Under the pieces are notes generated by a model. The model was given only the letters and a program-made list of their open reading frames with translations, made no database searches and was not told the DNA's origin. From NCBI GenBank assembly GCA_038087875.1, contig CM075995.1, positions 6,016,001 to 6,080,000 of the forward strand: a stretch of DNA of 64,000 nucleotides, written 5' to 3'. Of the stretch, positions 63,801 through 64,000 are shown piece after piece; position 1 is the first letter of the stretch; each line of letters opens with the position of its first letter. The DNA is from Malacoraja senta. Lineage: Eukaryota. The position numbers and the translations under genes were made by a program.

Positions 63801-64000
63801 ATGAAGTTAAAGGAGGTGCATCCAAACATCTAGAAAGGTTGCTGGGGTCCTATTTTTATGATCTCATCTACTAATGGTACCCATTTTTAATTGTCACACA
63901 TTAAAGTTTCTCTCCTTGTCTGTTCCCCTCAAACTTTACCATTTAAGAAATAGTTTGATAGCTTTGAGCAAGTCAGTCAGAAGACATTTCAAATACTTCT

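Overview
Eukaryotic (vertebrate) genomic DNA, most likely a cartilaginous fish such as a skate or ray. This is inferred from the HE1-like V-SINEs and the CR1/Penelope repeat families, not from a search. The whole window lies inside one + strand host gene, STT3B (oligosaccharyltransferase catalytic subunit). Nine consecutive GT-AG coding exons (orthologous to exons 2-10) splice into one continuous frame. The introns are filled with nested transposons: many CR1 LINEs (one with a nearly complete ORF2), a HERO-clade RLE retrotransposon, L1, L2 and Rex1/Babar fragments, V-SINEs, a Tc2-like and a Harbinger-like MITE, and a 5.4-kb DIRS1 tyrosine-recombinase element with intact ITR/ICR ends. The most notable signals are three. 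(1) A dispersed family of short, TSD-flanked, often fold-back Penelope-LTR-derived elements, several carrying minimal hammerhead-ribozyme cores. (2) A DIRS element whose termini and circle junction are preserved while its ORFs are more decayed than the CR1 it sits in, suggesting mobilisation in trans; it also carries a 36-bp minisatellite. (3) Young inverted CR1 copies bracketing STT3B exons. Exon boundaries were counted by hand; most repeat boundaries are approximate.
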